From assembly GCA_965261545.1 (NCBI GenBank), contig CBDHDF010000002.1, positions 576,001-640,000 on the forward strand: a stretch of DNA of 64,000 nucleotides. Reading direction: 5' to 3'. This DNA is from Bdellovibrionales bacterium (GTDB lineage: Bacteria; Bdellovibrionota; Bdellovibrionia; Bdellovibrionales; UBA1609). Shown here piece after piece: positions 60,895 to 64,000 of this stretch. The translations under genes were made by a program, and so were the position numbers. Every line of letters starts with the position of its first letter. Within the stretch, counting starts at the first letter, position 1. Under the pieces are notes generated by a model, which was not told the DNA's origin, did not search any database, and worked only from the letters and a program-made list of their open reading frames with translations.

Positions 60895-63169
60895 AAACCA
60901 TATCAATAAAAATCATGGTTTCGCCATCACATCCATTCTCTTGGCCATTTCTATTATGAGTACTTCCATGTTGTCTTTTTTATCACGATTGAACATAAGT
61001 CATAAAGAAACCAATGAATTGGCTAAAAAATTTAGAAGTCGTAGCATTGAGATGGTTGTTAACCAATTAATGGACAATGATCGATGCTCTTGTCACTTTG
61101 ATCCCACAAAAAATACAGAGACTTCCACCTCCTCGCTGAGTATCAATACAGTGCAACCACAGGATATCTCACTGGGAAGTATAAGGTCAGGTTGTGATTT
61201 CACTTCTTCTAATAACATTTTCCTTAAAAATGGAACCTCTGTGGGCGAAGGTTTGGTCGTGGATAAAATCAAGGTATCTAGTATTAAGGCTGCAACCAAT
61301 TCTCAAAATGTTTTTAATGGGAATATAGTCATTAGTTATTCGAGTCAAAATACAACATCCATACCAAGTGCTTCTTTAATTCCCATGACCTTTACTATTG
61401 ATACCAATGAAGGGTCCAATCAAAGTCGGCCCATAAAAGCTTGCATGAGTTCAAAATATCATCTTTTATTGTCATCATCATCAGGATCTTGCTATCTCTT
61501 TGATACAAGTATGACTGATAAGAGTGGAGGCCGGACTCTTATAGGCTGTGGAGGTAGTGTGAGTACAGATCGTGCAAGGTTTACCACAGCCTTTGGTTTT
61601 AGGGCTGGAAGTTCCACCGTATCTCACATAGGAAATACCTACTTTGGATATGAATCAGGACTCAAACACGACGGCGAAAAAACCACCATGGTGGGTTATA
61701 AGACTGGAAGGCTTGCCACATCCCTAAAACAGAGTACTCTTATTGGATATCGGGCTGGAGAGCAAACTCAATCAGGTCAAAACTTCTACGCTATTGGAGC
61801 TGAGGCGGGTACCAATACACAGTTTGGAAATGAGAATATTTTTATAGGGACTCTGGCGGGAAATAATAATAGGCAGGGATCTAGAAATATTTACCTGGGT
61901 CATGAGGCAGGCCGATATGGAATACGTGGCAATGACAATATTTTTGCAGGATATCAGGCTGGTCTCCAGAATCGTGGATCTCGAAATATTTTCATAGGCT
62001 CCAGAGCGGGACAAAAGAATCTCACAGGGGAAGACTCTGTCCTGATAGGTTGTCAAGCAGGACTTTCCAATACGTTCATCCATAAAAGTGTTTTTATGGG
62101 GTATCAAGCAGGAAAGTCCAGTCAAGGAGGTCAATCTTCTACTCTTATTGGTTATCAGACAGGTTTCAATAATAAGGCAGCTAAAAATACATTTATAGGT
62201 AATTATTCTGGATATAATAATAAGAAAGGTCATCATAATGTTTTTGTGGGGCACGCCTCAGGTCAGAAAAACACAACCGGCTCATACAATACTTTTTTAG
62301 GAACTTATGCAGGGTACCAAAATAAGATAGGTTCTTACAATACTTTTGCGGGAAATAGATCGGGCTACAATAACACTAGGGGGCAAGGTAATACCTTCAT
62401 GGGATATAAGGCCGGAGCTAGTAACACCACAGGAAGTTATAATGTATTCATAGGCCATCAGGCCGCCAACAACTCCAACTACTCCACTGCCAGTTATAAG
62501 CTTGTTATTGGTAGTCCCAGTGCAAAAACTTGGATGACCGGTGATATTACGGCTACGGGAGGTCTTTATATCAATGGTCAGGAGGTAGGTAGTCCTCCTT
62601 CTTCCAAGTTTTTAAAGAAAAATATTCGGCCTGTGACCAACTTTAAGAAGTACTTAAACAGTGTGCTCAAGACTCCTCTTTTCACATATCAGTACAAAAG
62701 TTCCATGAATTTTCCCCACAAAACTCGTATGGGAATCATCTCTGAGGAGTTACCCAAACAACTACAGATCGTGCCCAAGGGGAAGCTTTCCCATCCAGAT
62801 TGGCCTAGTATTTACGGTTATTTTTGGGCCAGCTTTAAAGCTCTCCATGAGATCAGGCAAGAGTTGAAGAACACACTTCTTTTAAGAATCCAAGATTCTC
62901 TTTTACAACTTAAGTTCATAAAGGAGAAACAAGCTCGTTTTATTGAGAAATGGATTCACAATAGACAGAAAATGTCGTTGATCCAGTCTGAAATTCGACG
63001 GGTGTATGAAGAAATGGAGCAGGTGAAAAAAGAAACAGCACAGGTCAAAAAGAACTTTGACAGAGATTGGGAAAATTTAATGATTAGGCTTTCTCCTTCA
63101 CCTCTCTCACCATCGCAACCTTCCCCATCATCCACCACTTCTTCTTCGATCGTAGATGCGAGGAACTAG
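60878..63169 (+). CDS. Pilin-like/fibre/S74-chaperone protein C2
   Basis: G|FAITSILLAISIM; CSCHF; SSKFLKKNI; Ser/Pro tail; paralogue of C1. Confidence 0.85.
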   Translation: MIRVNKNHINKNHGFAITSILLAISIMSTSMLSFLSRLNISHKETNELAKKFRSRSIEMVVNQLMDNDRCSCHFDPTKNTETSTSSLSINTVQPQDISLGSIRSGCDFTSSNNIFLKNGTSVGEGLVVDKIKVSSIKAATNSQNVFNGNIVISYSSQNTTSIPSASLIPMTFTIDTNEGSNQSRPIKACMSSKYHLLLSSSSGSCYLFDTSMTDKSGGRTLIGCGGSVSTDRARFTTAFGFRAGSSTVSHIGNTYFGYESGLKHDGEKTTMVGYKTGRLATSLKQSTLIGYRAGEQTQSGQNFYAIGAEAGTNTQFGNENIFIGTLAGNNNRQGSRNIYLGHEAGRYGIRGNDNIFAGYQAGLQNRGSRNIFIGSRAGQKNLTGEDSVLIGCQAGLSNTFIHKSVFMGYQAGKSSQGGQSSTLIGYQTGFNNKAAKNTFIGNYSGYNNKKGHHNVFVGHASGQKNTTGSYNTFLGTYAGYQNKIGSYNTFAGNRSGYNNTRGQGNTFMGYKAGASNTTGSYNVFIGHQAANNSNYSTASYKLVIGSPSAKTWMTGDITATGGLYINGQEVGSPPSSKFLKKNIRPVTNFKKYLNSVLKTPLFTYQYKSSMNFPHKTRMGIISEELPKQLQIVPKGKLSHPDWPSIYGYFWASFKALHEIRQELKNTLLLRIQDSLLQLKFIKEKQARFIEKWIHNRQKMSLIQSEIRRVYEEMEQVKKETAQVKKNFDRDWENLMIRLSPSPLSPSQPSPSSTTSSSIVDARN

Positions 63170-63468
63170 GAGGATTCAAGGTCCAGGGAATAGGAAGGAT
63201 AAAAGGTCTTTTTTAGAAATCCGCAAGGCATATCAGTAAAAACTGCAGAGGCCAGCGAAAGCTCCAATAGAATTTTTGGGCTTAACTGGTGGTTTAGGGT
63301 GGTGTTGGGCAAAGTTTGAGAAAAATAAGGCCAGAAAAATATGTTGTTTTATGGTGTTGAGCCTACATTCCGCAGTAAAAAATGAAAAAAGTTCTTCCTT
63401 ACAGTCTGAGCGGCAATCAAATAACACACAATATCATTTAGAGAATTTTGATAACGGCACCCCCATTA

Positions 63469-63529
63469 TGAGGTGGACCCCAATGTCAGACTGAAAAACT
63501 TGATTTTTAAGTTACACCACAGCGCACAA
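63469..63529. mobile_element. Solo IS3 right-end fragment
   Basis: Matches 4469-4529 with one mismatch. Confidence 0.85.
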
Positions 63530-64000
63530 CCCCGATGGGCGGGTTAAACCAGGCCATTTGTGGGCGGGCAAACCAGGCCATTTAGGGCGATCTGACAAGA
63601 TGGGCTCACCCTACATTTAATTTTTTATCTTGACAAGTCGGTTTGAAGCTTCCTTCAATCGGTAGCTTTTTCCCTCAAATTTTAATAGTTGGCTGCAGTG
63701 GAGAAGGCGATCCAGGATGGCAGAGGCCACGGTATTATCGCCCAAACACTTTCCCCAGTCCTCAATAATGCGATTGGAGGTAATAAGAGTGCTTTTTCTC
63801 GCTGAGTATCGATCCAGAATGATTTCCTGGAAGTCATCGCAAGCCTCTGGCGGAATGCGCTTTCTAAGAAAAAGATCATCAATGATCAATAGGTCCACAT
63901 GGATGAGTTGGGTGTAGAACCTCTTTCTGCGCCCCAGCTGCCTGGCCTCAAAGAGATTTTCAAAGAGCTTGTGAGCTTCCTGATACAAAACCTTGTAATT
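63530..64000 (-). mobile_element. istB: IS21 family C right end with istB 3' part (63617..>64000)
   Basis: LLIIDDL, ITSNR, AILDRLLH; end repeats AAACCAGGCCATTT. Confidence 0.85.

Noticed and set aside
42860..63169. Prophage tail-fibre module
   Set aside because: No capsid, terminase, baseplate or integrase genes; the proteins have pilin-type N-termini.
55240..63597. Composite transposon TGTCAGA..TCTGACA around fibre operon 2
   Set aside because: Both motifs are internal to IS21-C ends (linked to istA and istB on the outside), and there is no TSD.

Overview
Accessory bacterial region with no housekeeping genes. About 1-34 kb is almost entirely nested, partly decayed insertion sequences: ISKra4, three IS4-type families, IS3, two IS21 families, IS1634, IS256, ISNCY/IS5-like, IS66-derived MITEs and an IS110/IS1111. 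Many junctions can be resolved to the base from terminal inverted repeats and target duplications. This part also has a RelE/HigB-type toxin-antitoxin pair, an Rpn fragment and a group II intron inside the IS1111 3' non-coding end. From 34 to 64 kb is a surface-protein island: three DUF285/BspA-like lipoproteins (two in a tandem duplication) and two paralogous three-gene operons separated by more IS, including a third IS21 family. All six operon proteins join a type IV pilin-like N-terminus (Ser, not Glu, at +5) to Gly-rich fibre repeats and a peptidase-S74-like intramolecular chaperone. The best candidate for a new system is a pilin-anchored, possibly heterotrimeric, phage-fibre-like adhesin. 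Other notable points: a covarying DnaA-box hairpin shared by two divergent IS21 families, a 103-bp MITE hit by three IS, and IS4 transposases whose only plausible start codon is out of frame. Family calls come from motif recognition by eye, not database searches. A Bdellovibrionota-like host is only a guess.
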